64,000 nt of DNA. It comes from Octopus vulgaris (lineage: Eukaryota). Both the position numbers and the translations under genes were made by a program. This document shows positions 40,919 to 53,100 of the stretch, piece after piece. The notes under the pieces are model-generated. The model saw only the letters and a program-made list of their open reading frames with translations, did not search any database and was not told the origin of the DNA. The stretch lies in assembly GCA_951406725.2 (NCBI GenBank), contig OX597826.1:70432001-70496000 (forward strand), read 5' to 3'. Numbering within the stretch: the stretch's first letter is position 1; the number at the start of each line of letters is the position of its first letter.

Positions 40919-41792
40919 GACGGGCTTCTTTCAGTTTCTGTCAACCAAATCCACTCCCAAGGCTTTGGTCAGCCCGAGGCTATGATAAAAGACACTTGCC
41001 CAAGGTGCCACACAATGGGACTGAACCAGGAAGCATGTGGTTGGTAAGCAAGCTACTTACCACACAGCCACTCCTATGCCTATATCTCTCTCTGTAACTA
41101 TTTTACATCTCTATGTCTCTAAGTGCAAGGTCTTATCATTGTTGTTGTTGTCAAGCTTAATTGAGTAGACCTATTGTCAAAGTCATTCCAGATGTGACCA
41201 TCCTGTCTTTATCCTATGAGTACCAAGATATGCATACACTCACATTACATACTTACAGAGTTGTACATATACACATAGATATGCATATTTGCAAACACGT
41301 ACATGTTCACGCATAGATATGCATGCATAAAAACATATAGACACACATACACACATATACACATACATACATAACCTTGCATGAAAGAGTTAATGAGGAG
41401 GCACCTTAGTGGCTGCTCAACCTGCAAGAAACAGCAGTCAAGTCTCCCTCAAATTGTGCCCTGCTATCTTAAATCTTGGCAGGTTAGATAAGGTGCTCCC
41501 TGGTTTACAGTATACAGTATATAGGGAAAATGAAATGAACATGGCAATAAGGTATTTGATTAAAGATTTGCTTGATCAGGATTGATTTGGAGCTAAAAAA
41601 ACAATACCATAATTTTACAGACACTCCTAGAGACTTAATATAGTTTCAAAGAGAGAGAGAGTAAGTGAAAGAGATAGACAGAGACAGAGACAAAGACAGG
41701 ATGTAGTGATAGTGTGCATATATGCATGTGTGACTATGTTCTCATCCCTTGCTACTTTTTATCAAACTTTTTTGGTATAGTGTGTGCGTGCA

Positions 41793-41830
<38 letters not shown>

Positions 41831-41919
41831 TGTGTGAGTGTGTGTGTATCATGCAAAAGGGGTTCAACTTCAGTGAAAGCATCAACTACATTGAATCTAC
41901 CCAATCAAACCTAAAAGAC

Positions 41920-42300
41920 ATTGGTATGGAGAAAAATCCTGTGGTTCAATCCACCGTTTAGAATGAATGTGGCAACAAATATTGCTAGATTTTTCATTAT
42001 ACTAATTAATACTCACTTTCTGAAATATTAATTGCTATCCAAACAATGGTTCACAAATTTTTACAGGCCTCTCTTGCAAATAAAAATAAATCCAAGTGAC
42101 ACTCAACAGATTCATCAAAAATCTCCTCTAGACAAGAAATGCCTTGTGAAAGAATTTGTATCTAGAACCAACATATTCAATTGAAACAGCACCAAAAAGA
42201 TTTTTGAGAAACACATTTAAGGAAAGATACATACAGCCGCAGTTTCTCTCCAAGACAAAAAGCAAGTGTAAGGTTACATCACTTTCTAAGTTTGTACGTT
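41920..42300 (+). mobile_element. Decayed Penelope-like element ORF fragment (RT-to-GIY-YIG linker region)
   Basis: Translates WRKILWFNPPFRMNVATNIAR, later SPLDKKCLVK and TFKERY across frameshifts; motifs recalled from PLE ORFs. Confidence 0.65.
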
Positions 42301-42547
42301 TTTTTAAAGTAGATTGAGGATATCAATCTACCAATAAACTACACTATGAATGCTAAAGCTAACAAACAGAAAGAGAGAGCGGCAGATGATGCAATCTATG
42401 TTTAACAGAGAAGTTATATATACTGACCTTACCAGTGAATGCATTTAATGTAAAGGAAGAAACATTTACACTTTGCCCACATGGTGATGGCAGGGGGAGG
42501 GGGAGAAAGGGAGGAAGAGGAGGCGGAGGAGGAGGAGGATATACATA

Positions 42548-42730
42548 TCTATTATATAAAATCCGTTCTGTCTGTCTGTGTGTGTGTCTTCTAGGATCTC
42601 AGGCATCCTCCATCTGATTGCGCTCAAGTTTGATATGTAGATACCAACGGTATCAGGGCATGTATAAGTCTTGAAAAAATTACAAAAATCGATTCCAGGT
42701 GAGAATGTGATCGATAAAGCCGTGGGAAGG
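42548..42730 (+). mobile_element. Helitron-like 5' fragment
   Basis: TCTATTATATAAAA..ctgtctgtctgtg start typical of non-autonomous Helitrons. Confidence 0.45.
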
Positions 42731-42922
42731 TGCATTTTTCTTTGGAATAGAAAAAAAAGTGTATCTTTATTTCTTCTTTTGCTGGTGTCTCAAATTTAGG
42801 TTAAACTGCCTATGGGACAGTTGGACAAGTTGTTTTGAGAAAATTTGGTTTAAATGTTTGACAACTCAGCACTGTCCATTGGATGGGGAGGGGTGTGTTT
42901 TGCTCATAAATATATATATACA

Positions 42923-43135
42923 CAGGGTGGGCCAAAAGTAGATTTACATTTATCACGTAGACACTTGAAATTTCTTTTAAAACATTTTATTACATTTTAA
43001 TTTTCTATCTTACAATTAACTAAATTAGCATAGAATAATGGTCTCATATGTTTTTATAATTAAGATCTAAACTGTTAATATATGAACACAAAAGAGATAA
43101 TTGAATAATTGTAAACCTACTTTTGGGCCACCCTG
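42923..43135. mobile_element. Tc1/mariner-type MITE
   Basis: CAGGGTGGGCCAAAAGTAG...CTACTTTTGGGCCACCCTG|TA; diverged inverted copy 63290-63525. Confidence 0.8.
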
Positions 43136-44544
43136 TATATATACATATATAAATCCTGTATAAGATAACTATTATACTACAACAATGGTTTTCTGCACAA
43201 ATTAAATTATAAAACTACAAAATAAAGCTTAAGCATAACCCGCCCAACCACTGTAATTACTATAATTATAATTGAAATACTGGACTAAGTTGATACAAGC
43301 CATACTTTTTGTGTCATCTCAGCCGTTAAAAAGCATCAACACATTCACTCTATGATTACTTTTAGTTTGATGTAATGGCTCAATCATCAAATTTGTGTAT
43401 GCATGTGTGCATGTGTGTGTGTGTATGTGCATATGTGTGTGTGTATGTGCATGTGTGTGTGTGTTTGTCTCCCATCACTGCTTAACCACTGATGCTGGTG
43501 CATTTATGTCGCCATAACAATGTCGACAAAAGACATTTATAGAATAAGTACCGTGTTTAAATAATAAACAAGTGCACTCAGAAAATGTAAACTTCCGCCA
43601 AGACAATCCCAGCGTCCTCTCAACAATTGGCTGGAGATGATTTTTAAAATGAGAATATCGGAAATAAACTCAACTGCTCTCACAAACAAGAATACTAAAA
43701 AAATGAACCCGACCACTCTCAAAAATTAAGTAAAAAAACAAAAAATGGAAAAATAATCCAGAATCCTTGTCCAGTACTGGATCGATCCCAAAATCTAATC
43801 ATCTCATACTAGTCATGAAGCCAAACATCCCTGAAAGTTTCATCTGAATCCATCCAGCAGTTCTTGAGATATCTTGTCCATGGACAAGCAAACAGACAAA
43901 CACAACTGAAAACAATACCTCTACCTTCGCTAAGGCAAAGGTAATAAGTACAGTGTGTGTATGCGTATGTTTGTGGGGAGCAATTCTTTTGACAAGATTT
44001 TCTTCAAGGTGGTACTCCAGTATGGCCCAGTCAAATGACTGAAAGAATTAAAAGAAAAAGAAAGGAAAAAAGATACATTTTTTATTCTTTTACTTGTTTC
44101 AGTCTTTCGACTGCGGCCATGCTGGAGCACCCACCTTGAAGGACTTTTTTAGTCAAAGAATTCAACCCCAGGACTTATTCTTTGTAAGCCTAGTACTTAT
44201 TCTATTGGTCACTTTTGCTGAACCACTAAGTTACAGGGATGTAAACACACCAGCATCAGTTGTCGAGCGATAGGGGCAGGGGTGTCAGACACACACTCAC
44301 ACATACACACATACACATATATATATATATATATTATATATATGTGTGTGTTCTGTCAACCAAATCCGCTCACAAGGCTTTGGTAAAAGACTCAGTGCTA
44401 TAGTAAAAGACTCTTGCCCAAGATGCCACACAGTGGGACTGAACTCGAAACCATGAGGGTGGGAAGCAAGATTCATACCACACAGCCATGCCTGTGCCTA
44501 ATAATAACCATTATTTTTTTTATATATATTATATACATAGATTT

Positions 44545-45692
44545 CAAATTTTGGCACAAGGCCAGTAATTTCAGGGATGGGGGCTAGTCAGTTACATCAA
44601 CCCCAGTGCACAACTGGTACTTATTTTATCAATCCTAAAAGGAATTTGAACTCAGAATGTAAGGATGGATAAAATACCACAAAGTATTTTTCCCAGGGTG
44701 CAAATGGTTCTGCCAGCTTGCCACCTTAGTCATAATATTGGTTTCAAATTTTGACAGAAGACCAGCTATTTGAGGGGTGGGGACTAGTCGATTATATCGA
44801 CCCAGGTGCTCAACTGGTGCTTATTTCATTGACCCCGAAAGGATGAAAAGACAAAGTTGACCTCAGCAGAATTTGAACTCAGAATGTAAAGGCAGACGGA
44901 GTGCTGCTATGTATTGAACCCAGCTCAGTGATGCTTCTGCTAGCTTGCCACCTTTGAAGTGTATCAATATTCTTTTCTACTCTAGACACAAGGCCCGAAA
45001 TTTTGGGGGAAGGGGCCAGTTGATTAGATTGACCCCAGTACACAACTAGCACTTAATTTATTGACCCCGAAAGGATGAAGAGCAAAGTCGACTTTGGTGG
45101 AATTTGAACTCAGAGCATAAAGACAAGCGAAATACTGCTAAGCATTTCACCCAGTGTGCTAAGATTCCTGCCATCTTGCCACCCTTCAAATATTCTTTTC
45201 TACTCTAGGCACAAAGCCTGTAATTTTGGGGGAGTGGGTGGAATTTGAACTCAGAACGTAGCTGCAGACAAAATGCCTATTTCTTTACTACCCACAAGGG
45301 GCTAAACACAGAGAGGACAAACAAGGGAAGACGAAGGGATTAAATCGATTATATCGACCGCAGTGCATAACTGGTACTTATTTAATCGACCCCGTAAGGA
45401 TGAAAGGCAAAGTCGATCTCAGCGGAATTTGAACTCAGAACATAGCGGCAGACGAAATATGTATTTCTTTACTACCCACAAGGGGCTAAACACAGAGAGG
45501 ACAAACAAGGACAGACAAACAGATTAAGTCGATTACATTGACCCCAGTGTGTAACTGGTACTTATTTAATCGACCCCGAAAGGATGAAAGGCAAAGTCGA
45601 CCTCAGTGGAATTTGAACTCAGAATGCAACGAAATACTGCAGATGAAATACTGCTAAGCATTTCGCCCGACATGCTAACGCTTCTGCCAGCT
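44545..45692 (-). mobile_element. Tandem cluster of SINE family B (Meta-domain-like core)
   Basis: Repeated atcgaccccgaaaggatgaaaggcaaagtcgacctcggcggaatttgaactcagaac; other clusters 4145-4553, 5380-5600, 5743-6015, 26993-27970, 38570-38790, 53428-53663. Confidence 0.85.
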
Positions 45693-46439
45693 TTGAAGTG
45701 TATCAATATTATTGTAATAACAGTATTGACAGACTAGTTTGGAACAGGTTGCTATAAATTCTTATGTTAGTGAATATTCCAGTTATTAATACACGCAAAA
45801 AACAAACAAAGATACACATTTACTTAGCTAACGAACAGCTTACTTAAAAAGAATCAAAGGAAAATATTGATTACAATAGATAATAAGTATTGCATTTATG
45901 CAGTTACTGTTTTCAATTACATCCAACTTATCTGTCATTCCCTCCCCCTTCATCTTTGTATCATCCTCTTCTGCCTTCCTCTTCCTTTGTTCTCCTTAAA
46001 ATCCCCCTCTTCCTTCACTCATCTTCTTTTTCTTGTTTTTCAATATCCTCCTCCTCCATCATCCCACATCCTCCTCCTTCTCCCCTTCTTCCTCTGTCCC
46101 TGATACTTTCTCTCTCACTGTGAGAGTGTGTGTGTGTGTTATATACATACTCACAAACACATCCTGCTTACACTTTAGGTGATTCTTACTGAAATCCTGG
46201 GACCCACAAGCTGACTGGGTGGGTTCCAGATAGTAGTCAAAGGGAGACAATCCCCTATGCTTGACCTTTGTGGGTTCTAAAACTAACCACAAGGCTTTTT
46301 CTCTCTCCACTTGGAAGAGAGGTTTTAGGCCCCCCAGCCATTAGGGTTTGGTGAGACATATGTAAAACCAAGTGCTTTATGGACACAAAACTATGGGTAA
46401 CTATCTTTTTCTGAATATATATATATATGTATATAAAAT

Positions 46440-46850
46440 AGGCGCAGGAGTGGTTGTGTGGTAAGTAGCTTGCTTACCAACCACATGGCTCCGGGTTCAA
46501 TCCCACTGCGTGGCACTTTGGACAAGTGTCTTCTACTATAGCCACGGGCCGACCAAAGCCTTGTGAGTGGATTTGGTAGACGGAAACTGAAAGAAGCCTG
46601 TCATATATATGTATATGTATATATATATGTGTGTGTGTTTGTGTGTCTGTGTTTGTCCCCCCCAACATCATCGCTTGACAACCGATGCTGGTGTGTTTAC
46701 GTCCCCGTAACTTAGCGGTTCGGCAAAGAGACCGATAGAATAAGTACTAGGCTTACAAAGAATAAGTCCTGGGGTCGATTTGCTCAACTAAAGGCAGTGC
46801 TCCAGCATGGCCACAGTCAAATGACTGAAACAAGTTAAAGAGTAAAATAG
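46440..46850 (+). mobile_element. tRNA-derived SINE family A, full-length copy (most abundant family)
   Basis: A-box tggtaag / B-box gggttcaatccc head, internal (TA/TG)n, tail gctccagcatggccacagtcaaatgactgaaacaag; about 20 copies, e.g. 9598-10000, 17525-17912, 18197-18593(-), 18923-19305, 29738-30136(-), 31854-32190, 36812-37303(-), 40628-41081(-), 50698-51091, 57560-57971(-), 58358-58785. Confidence 0.9.
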
Positions 46851-47455
46851 TATATATATATATGTATGTATATATCATAAGGATATGTTATAATACTATT
46901 CCACATATACAAAACCAGCCATACCAACAATCCAACATAACTCCATCATCAGCTGCCCCCCGGATTTCATTATGGTTTTGACACCTGGGCAGTACCATTC
47001 AATCCGATGGTGTCAACAGCACTAAAATAAGTTTTGTTTGGGAATAAACATACCAGAGAAACCACAACTTTCAAACACATTTACCCTATTTACAACAGTA
47101 TTGTATTATCCAGGGATCGAGATATTTGAAGAAAGTTAACTTTGAGCAATCCATAGTAAATATAAAAAAGACATTGTACAAGAACTACAGTGGTTTATTG
47201 AGATAGAAGGCTGCAGATTATTTTTCCGTGTAAAAGTACCAACCGATCGTGGCCGTTTGCCAGCCTCATCTGGCCCCTGTGCCGGTGGCATGTAAAAAAA
47301 GCATCCACTACACTCATGGAGTGGTTGGCGTTAGGAAGGGCATCCGGCTGTAGAAACACTGCCAGATCAAGATTGGAGCCTGGTGCAGCCTCCGGGCCTC
47401 CCAGACCCCAGTCGAACTGTCCAACCCATGCTAGCATGGAAAACGGACGTTAAAC

Positions 47456-47512
<57 letters not shown>

Positions 47513-47705
47513 GAAGAAGAAGAAGAAGAAGAAGAAGAAGAAGAAGAAGAAGAAGAAGAAGAAGAAGAAGAAGAAGAAGAAGAAGAAGAAGAAGAAGAAT
47601 GATGAGCAGAAAAAATTTCTTTTTATATTCCATGGTAGGCAACTAGGGTTATTTGGGTGTGTGAAAAAGAATACAGGATTTACAGAATGGAATAGGAAAA
47701 ATCCG

Positions 47706-47789
47706 GGTTACATATGTTTCATATTGAATGGAGCCTTAGCAGTGGTAAAATCCAAGCGGGGTGTATACCCCCCAGCTATTCTTCAGGCC
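47706..47789 (-). ncRNA. Degenerate hammerhead-like motif with long stem II
   Basis: GGC-CTGAAGA-ATA...TAT-GAA-ACAT|ATGT-A-ACC; stem I has a mismatch next to the core. Confidence 0.4.
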
Positions 47790-48369
47790 AAAGATATCTT
47801 GTTTAGATTAAAGCTTACAATTGTTGCAAGGAGGTGCATGTTTATGCAAAGAAGATTCAATTGGAATATGTGGAGGGCACAGTATGAGAGGGGTGTATAA
47901 ATGTAGGGAGAAATAACTATTAGAAGATAGGAAGAAAGAAGGAAAAAAGTATAAGGAAGTGAGAGGAAGGAGGAATTGGGTGAGGTCAGTTTACTGGTAG
48001 TACATAATATATTAATTTTGGCTGACTCACAGAATTTAGAAGTGGGATTGGTACTTGAAGAAAAGATAAATTGGAGGAGAGAGGGGGAGGAAACATTTTT
48101 GGTGATGGGGAAAATATATGTAACCCGGATCTTTTCTACTTCATTCCATTATTCTTGTATATACAAACAGGAAGCATTTCTACCACTTCTACCCACCACT
48201 TTCCTTGGATAATGGAACTGCAGTTATAACATCTTTACATATTCTTATTTTTATCTTTATTTCTACATTCATTCTTCTATTTCCCTACATACTCCATATT
48301 TCCTTCCTTTTCCAAAATAACTCCTTATATTGAACTCTAATATTTCCCTCTATTTAACCATCTCACATT

Positions 48370-48417
48370 GTCTTTGATGAAGGGATATCCGTAATATCCC
48401 AGAAACAGCTGTAAGGC
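48370..48417 (+). ncRNA. Hammerhead ribozyme-like motif (C3 replaced by U)
   Basis: GTCT-TTGATGA-A-GGGATAT ccgta ATATCCC-A-GAA-ACAG|CTGT-A-AGGC. Confidence 0.62.
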
Positions 48418-48485
48418 TAATTTCATCTTTATAAATGTTCTGAAAATCCCATACAGCCTTGGCTTTGTTATCTCATTTTATTTAA

Positions 48486-48685
48486 CCCTTTAGCATTTAA
48501 ACCGAGCATATCTGGCCAAAAGTATCCTGCCAGATCTGGTCTCTCACACCAACCCTACAATATCATTTTAAAAATGAACAGCTACCTCATCAAAATCTCA
48601 TAGCTACAAGATAATGCATGATCAATTCAAAACAATGTGGATGAAGAAGCATTAATTTTGGCAGAATAATGCGAACACTAAAGGG
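48486..48685. mobile_element. piggyBac-type MITE
   Basis: TTAA|CCCTTTAG...CTAAAGGG|TTAA. Confidence 0.78.
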
Positions 48686-49839
48686 TTAACGTATACAAGC
48701 AGTACTACCTGACTGGCCCTCATGCCAGTGGCACATAAAAGCACCCACTACACTCTCGGAGTGGTTGGCGCTAGGAAGGGCATCCAGCTGTAGAAACTCT
48801 GCCAGATCAGATTGGGGTTTGGTGCAGCCATCTGGTTCGCTAGACCGCAGTCAAATCGTCCAACTCATGCTAGCATGGAAAGCAGATGTTAAACGATGAT
48901 GATGATGATGATGATGCTTATACAAGACCTGTATTAGACTCCTCACTCGTATCATCATGGAACCAAGCGTTTAACTACAGTCCTTACATAGCACTTACAC
49001 GGCCTTACCTACCAACTTTGGTCTTGTGGATATCAATACCTCTCATTAGATATCATCATCATCATTGTTTAACGTCTGATTTCCATGCTGGCATGGGTTG
49101 GACGGTTTGACTGGGAGCTAGCAAGCCAGGAGGTTGCACCAGGCTCCACTCTGATCTGGCAGTGTTTCTACAGCTGGATGCCCTTCACAATGCAGAGCTA
49201 CTCCGAGAGTGTAGTGGGTGCGTTTTACATGCCACCGGCATGGGAGCTTGTCAGATGACACTGGCATCGGCCACATTCAGATGGTGCTTTTTACATGCTA
49301 CCAGCACAGGGGCCAGTCGGGGCGGGGAAGAGGGGGCTGGCATTGACCACGTTCAGATCGTGCATTTTACATGCCACCGGCATGGGGAGCTAGTCAAGCC
49401 ATTTTAAACGAATGTGATGACTATGTATATGATGAAGAGAATGCTGGCAAGTTGTCATCATCATCATCATCATCATTATCATTTAACGTCTGCTTTCCAT
49501 GCTAGCATGGGTTGGACGATTTGACTGAGGTCTGGCGAACCAGATGGCTGCACCAGACTCCAATCTGAACTGGCAGGGTTTCTACGGCAATCCATTAATA
49601 GATTTCCATGCCTTTAAGCTTTATTCCCATTCGTCTATCACACTACCTTTCTTCACTCTTGGTTTTCTGCTATTTTCCTTCTTTCTCCTCCTTCTCTTTC
49701 TCTAAATTGCATTTGACGTTGAATCTATTAACAGTTTGTTTTTCTTCTTTAAATAACTTGCCAGTGTTCCCTTCATCATATAAGCAGTCATCACATTTGG
49801 TTAAAATTGCTTATTGATGTTGTTTCTCTTTTTTTTTTT

Positions 49840-49925
49840 TTTCCTGATGAGAAGATCGCATTGTTTTATATCATTTTATTCCTTCTGGAATAATACCAAT
49901 GTTTTCTTCGAAACATATGTTGGAA
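49840..49925 (+). ncRNA. Hammerhead ribozyme with extended stem II
   Basis: TTTC-CTGATGA-GAAGA...(about 50 nt incl. TATTCC/GGAATA hairpin)...TCTTC-GAA-ACAT|ATGT-T-GGAA. Confidence 0.68.
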
Positions 49926-50131
49926 GTATAGAAATTTCAATAACAACTGCGTTTAACCCCATTTCTTTATTTACCTGTTACACAAACTCATTTCACTAAA
50001 CCCTGGAATTTCTATCTTTTAAGTAGGCTGTAACATCCTTGGTACTTATGTGAATTTTTTGCTACCCTGGTAACTATTTATTTTTTTCGTGTTATTTGTA
50101 CACATTGAAAAAATCTACGTACATTTATATG

Positions 50132-50188
<57 letters not shown>

Positions 50189-53100
50189 TTATGTGTGTGT
50201 GTATACGTTTGTGTGTCTGTGTTTGTCCCCTCCCCCCAACATCGCTTGATAACCGATGCTGGTGTGTTTATATCCCCGTAACTTAGCGGTTTGGCAAAAG
50301 TGACCGATAAAATAAGTACCAGGCTTACAAAGAATGACTGAAACAAGTAAAAGAGTTACCAATTTTTGTGAGACTCGCATTAAGTTTTACACATGGGGGC
50401 CTTCAAGGTTTATATAGCTTAGAAGCTCACAGTAGCATAACCTGGGAGAGGAGGGTGGCGACGTGCTCTGGGTGGTGGCACTTTTATGGGCATTTCGGGT
50501 CTGCTGCATATGCCTGTCTAGGCTTCAGAATCTGAGAAGGAGAATGGTGAATTCAAGAACTATCTTGGGTTGCACACATTCAAGCTACACCACCAGGATT
50601 TCATCAACCCTAAATCCGTTACTAGTCAAGACACTGAACTGGAGAAGAGCCATCCAATTCATGAAAGGATAGAAAAGGGGACGTTGCACTTTTTTTTGAG
50701 TGGCTGTGTGGTAAGTAGCTTGTTTACCAACCACATGGTTCCGGATTCAGTCCCACTGCGTGGCACCTTAGGCAAGTGTCTTCTACTATAGCCTCGGGCC
50801 GATCAAAGCCTTGTGAGTGGATTTGGTAGACGGAAACTGAAAGAAGCCCGTCGTATATATGTATATATATGTATGTGTGTGTATATGTTTGTGTGTCTGT
50901 GTTTGTCCCCCCAACATCGATTGACAACCGATGCTGGTGTGTTTATGTCCCCGTTTCTTAGCGGTTCGGCAAAAGAGACCGATAGAATAAGTACTGGGCT
51001 TACAAAAGAATAAGTCCCGGGGTCGAGTTGCTCGATTAAAGGCGGTGCTCCAGCATGACCGCAGTCAAATGACTGAAACAAATAAAAGAGTATGTGGCTT
51101 GAGTAAGGAGCAAGTGCTTATGGCTTTTAGAGGTCCTTAGGTACTTATGAGAATAATGTCATTAATATTTTGTTTAAACAGTTGCAAGTCAACAACTGCA
51201 GTAAGGATATTAATGAGTAGGAGATTCCGGAGGACCGACGTTCGGGGAGGGGGTGGCGGATATAGAAGGACTGGGTGGAGTGGTGTTCTGCTCTGGAAAT
51301 CGGACAAAAATTGCGTAAGGAAAGGAAGAGTGCCGTACGAGCGCAGAAAGTACTAAAGCTATACAACCCCGAGGAACAGTAGTAATAGAAAGCGCTGAGA
51401 CAGCATGATTGTGGGGCCAAGGACTGGAGTGTTTCTGTGTAACGCAGAATGTCGACAGCGAGGTTGTGATGATGATGATAATATGTTTGTATTGATGCTT
51501 AGTTACTAATTAAAGTCTTGTGTGTTTGTGTGTGTGAATTTGCATATATGAGTGTGAATATACACACACGCATTAGTGACTATAGAATACATATACACCG
51601 TTTCTAAACGTAGATAACAAGTATATCAACGTTTCTTTGTCGTCTTGCCAAGAATATTGATTGAAATAAAAAGTATACAAAGAAGTTTATCCTATATAAA
51701 CTTCACAAGGTCATCTTTGATGTATTGTATTATATTATATGATTATAATATTAAATACTATTTAATTATCTGTCCACCGTATCTATACATTTATCCATCT
51801 ATTCGATTAAGCTAGCTAACAGTTTAACTACCTGTTTGTGTATCTGACAATCATTGTGTATCTATCCGACTACCCGATCGTGTCTACCTACCTTCTGTTT
51901 AGATATATATATATATACATATGTATATATATGTATGTGCATAATTTGCTGTCTATTTATATATCTGTTTCTTTGTCGATCTATCTATCTACGTCCGTAT
52001 TTATATCCGTTTTGCCTTCCCTAACGAATTGAAACTACGAAAAGGGGGAACACACAAGGTACATTATTTCATTGAACACCGAATCACCAAGAATGACATC
52101 ATTAATAGCGCACCGGCTTTAGTCGCTCCACATTCGCCCCCCCACCCATCCACATTCACATTCACGCACACACACACACACACACCCAGATACAAAATAT
52201 ATACACTCGTTCACATCACTACACACACACATTCACCAAGTGTCACAAACACCCATCCTCAGCCTGGTTACAATCAGACCTCACATCCTCTGTCCGTGCA
52301 CATGACACACACTTATTCTAATAACCTCTTGTTTTTGTGACTTCAACCAGACCCGCCCAGCAACATCGGCAGTAAAGCAATTTTTTGAAAAACCCATCAT
52401 ATTCCTCACATTGAAAGTTCTGACAGATGTCGACCAAACAATGTAAGTAGAGAACAATTATTATTATGATTATCATTATTACCCTCTCTATTATTCTCAT
52501 TGTTTCATAATCGTTTTGTCTTTTTTTTCTCTCAAACTATTCTTCTCTTTCTCTCTCTTATTTTAATTTCATATGTTATTGGTAGTTTGTGTGTATGTGA
52601 TATCCCTTTGTTAAACCAATAGATGCCACAGTCATATACATACATAGAGACCATCACTCTTATATATCAGTATATATATATATATATATTTATATAGACA
52701 CTCGTGTGTATTTGTACGTACGTACATAAATGTTTGTATATGTACGTACGTACACATGTGTATTTGTACGTACGTACATATGTATGTTGCTTCAGCATGG
52801 CCTTACTCGTGATCGCTAGAATAAACTAAACAGTCTTCGGCATGTATAGAAACTTATGTTCACATAGATATCTAAATACCCATTCAACCATGTCTGTGCG
52901 CGCGCACTCAATATTTAACATACCTTTATCCTTTTCTTCGCCCCTCTCTCTCACTCTCTCTATTTATTCTGCTGTTAATCGACTTACTCATTTAGCATTG
53001 ATCTCACCCATATATAGGCACTCCCTAATATATATATATAAATTTCCAGCGATTGAAATGGGCATCAGGAACCATCACTATCATAACTTCCGAGAGGCTG

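Noticed and set aside
46290-46375. ACATATGT palindrome suggesting another hammerhead (also 2480-2530 and 24130-24170)
   Set aside because: Core or stems could not be assembled convincingly by eye.
49740-49812. Minus-strand AILTKCD peptide resembling a GTPase G4 motif
   Set aside because: Short frame with nearby stops, no other G motifs, and it adjoins a hammerhead-bearing repeat.
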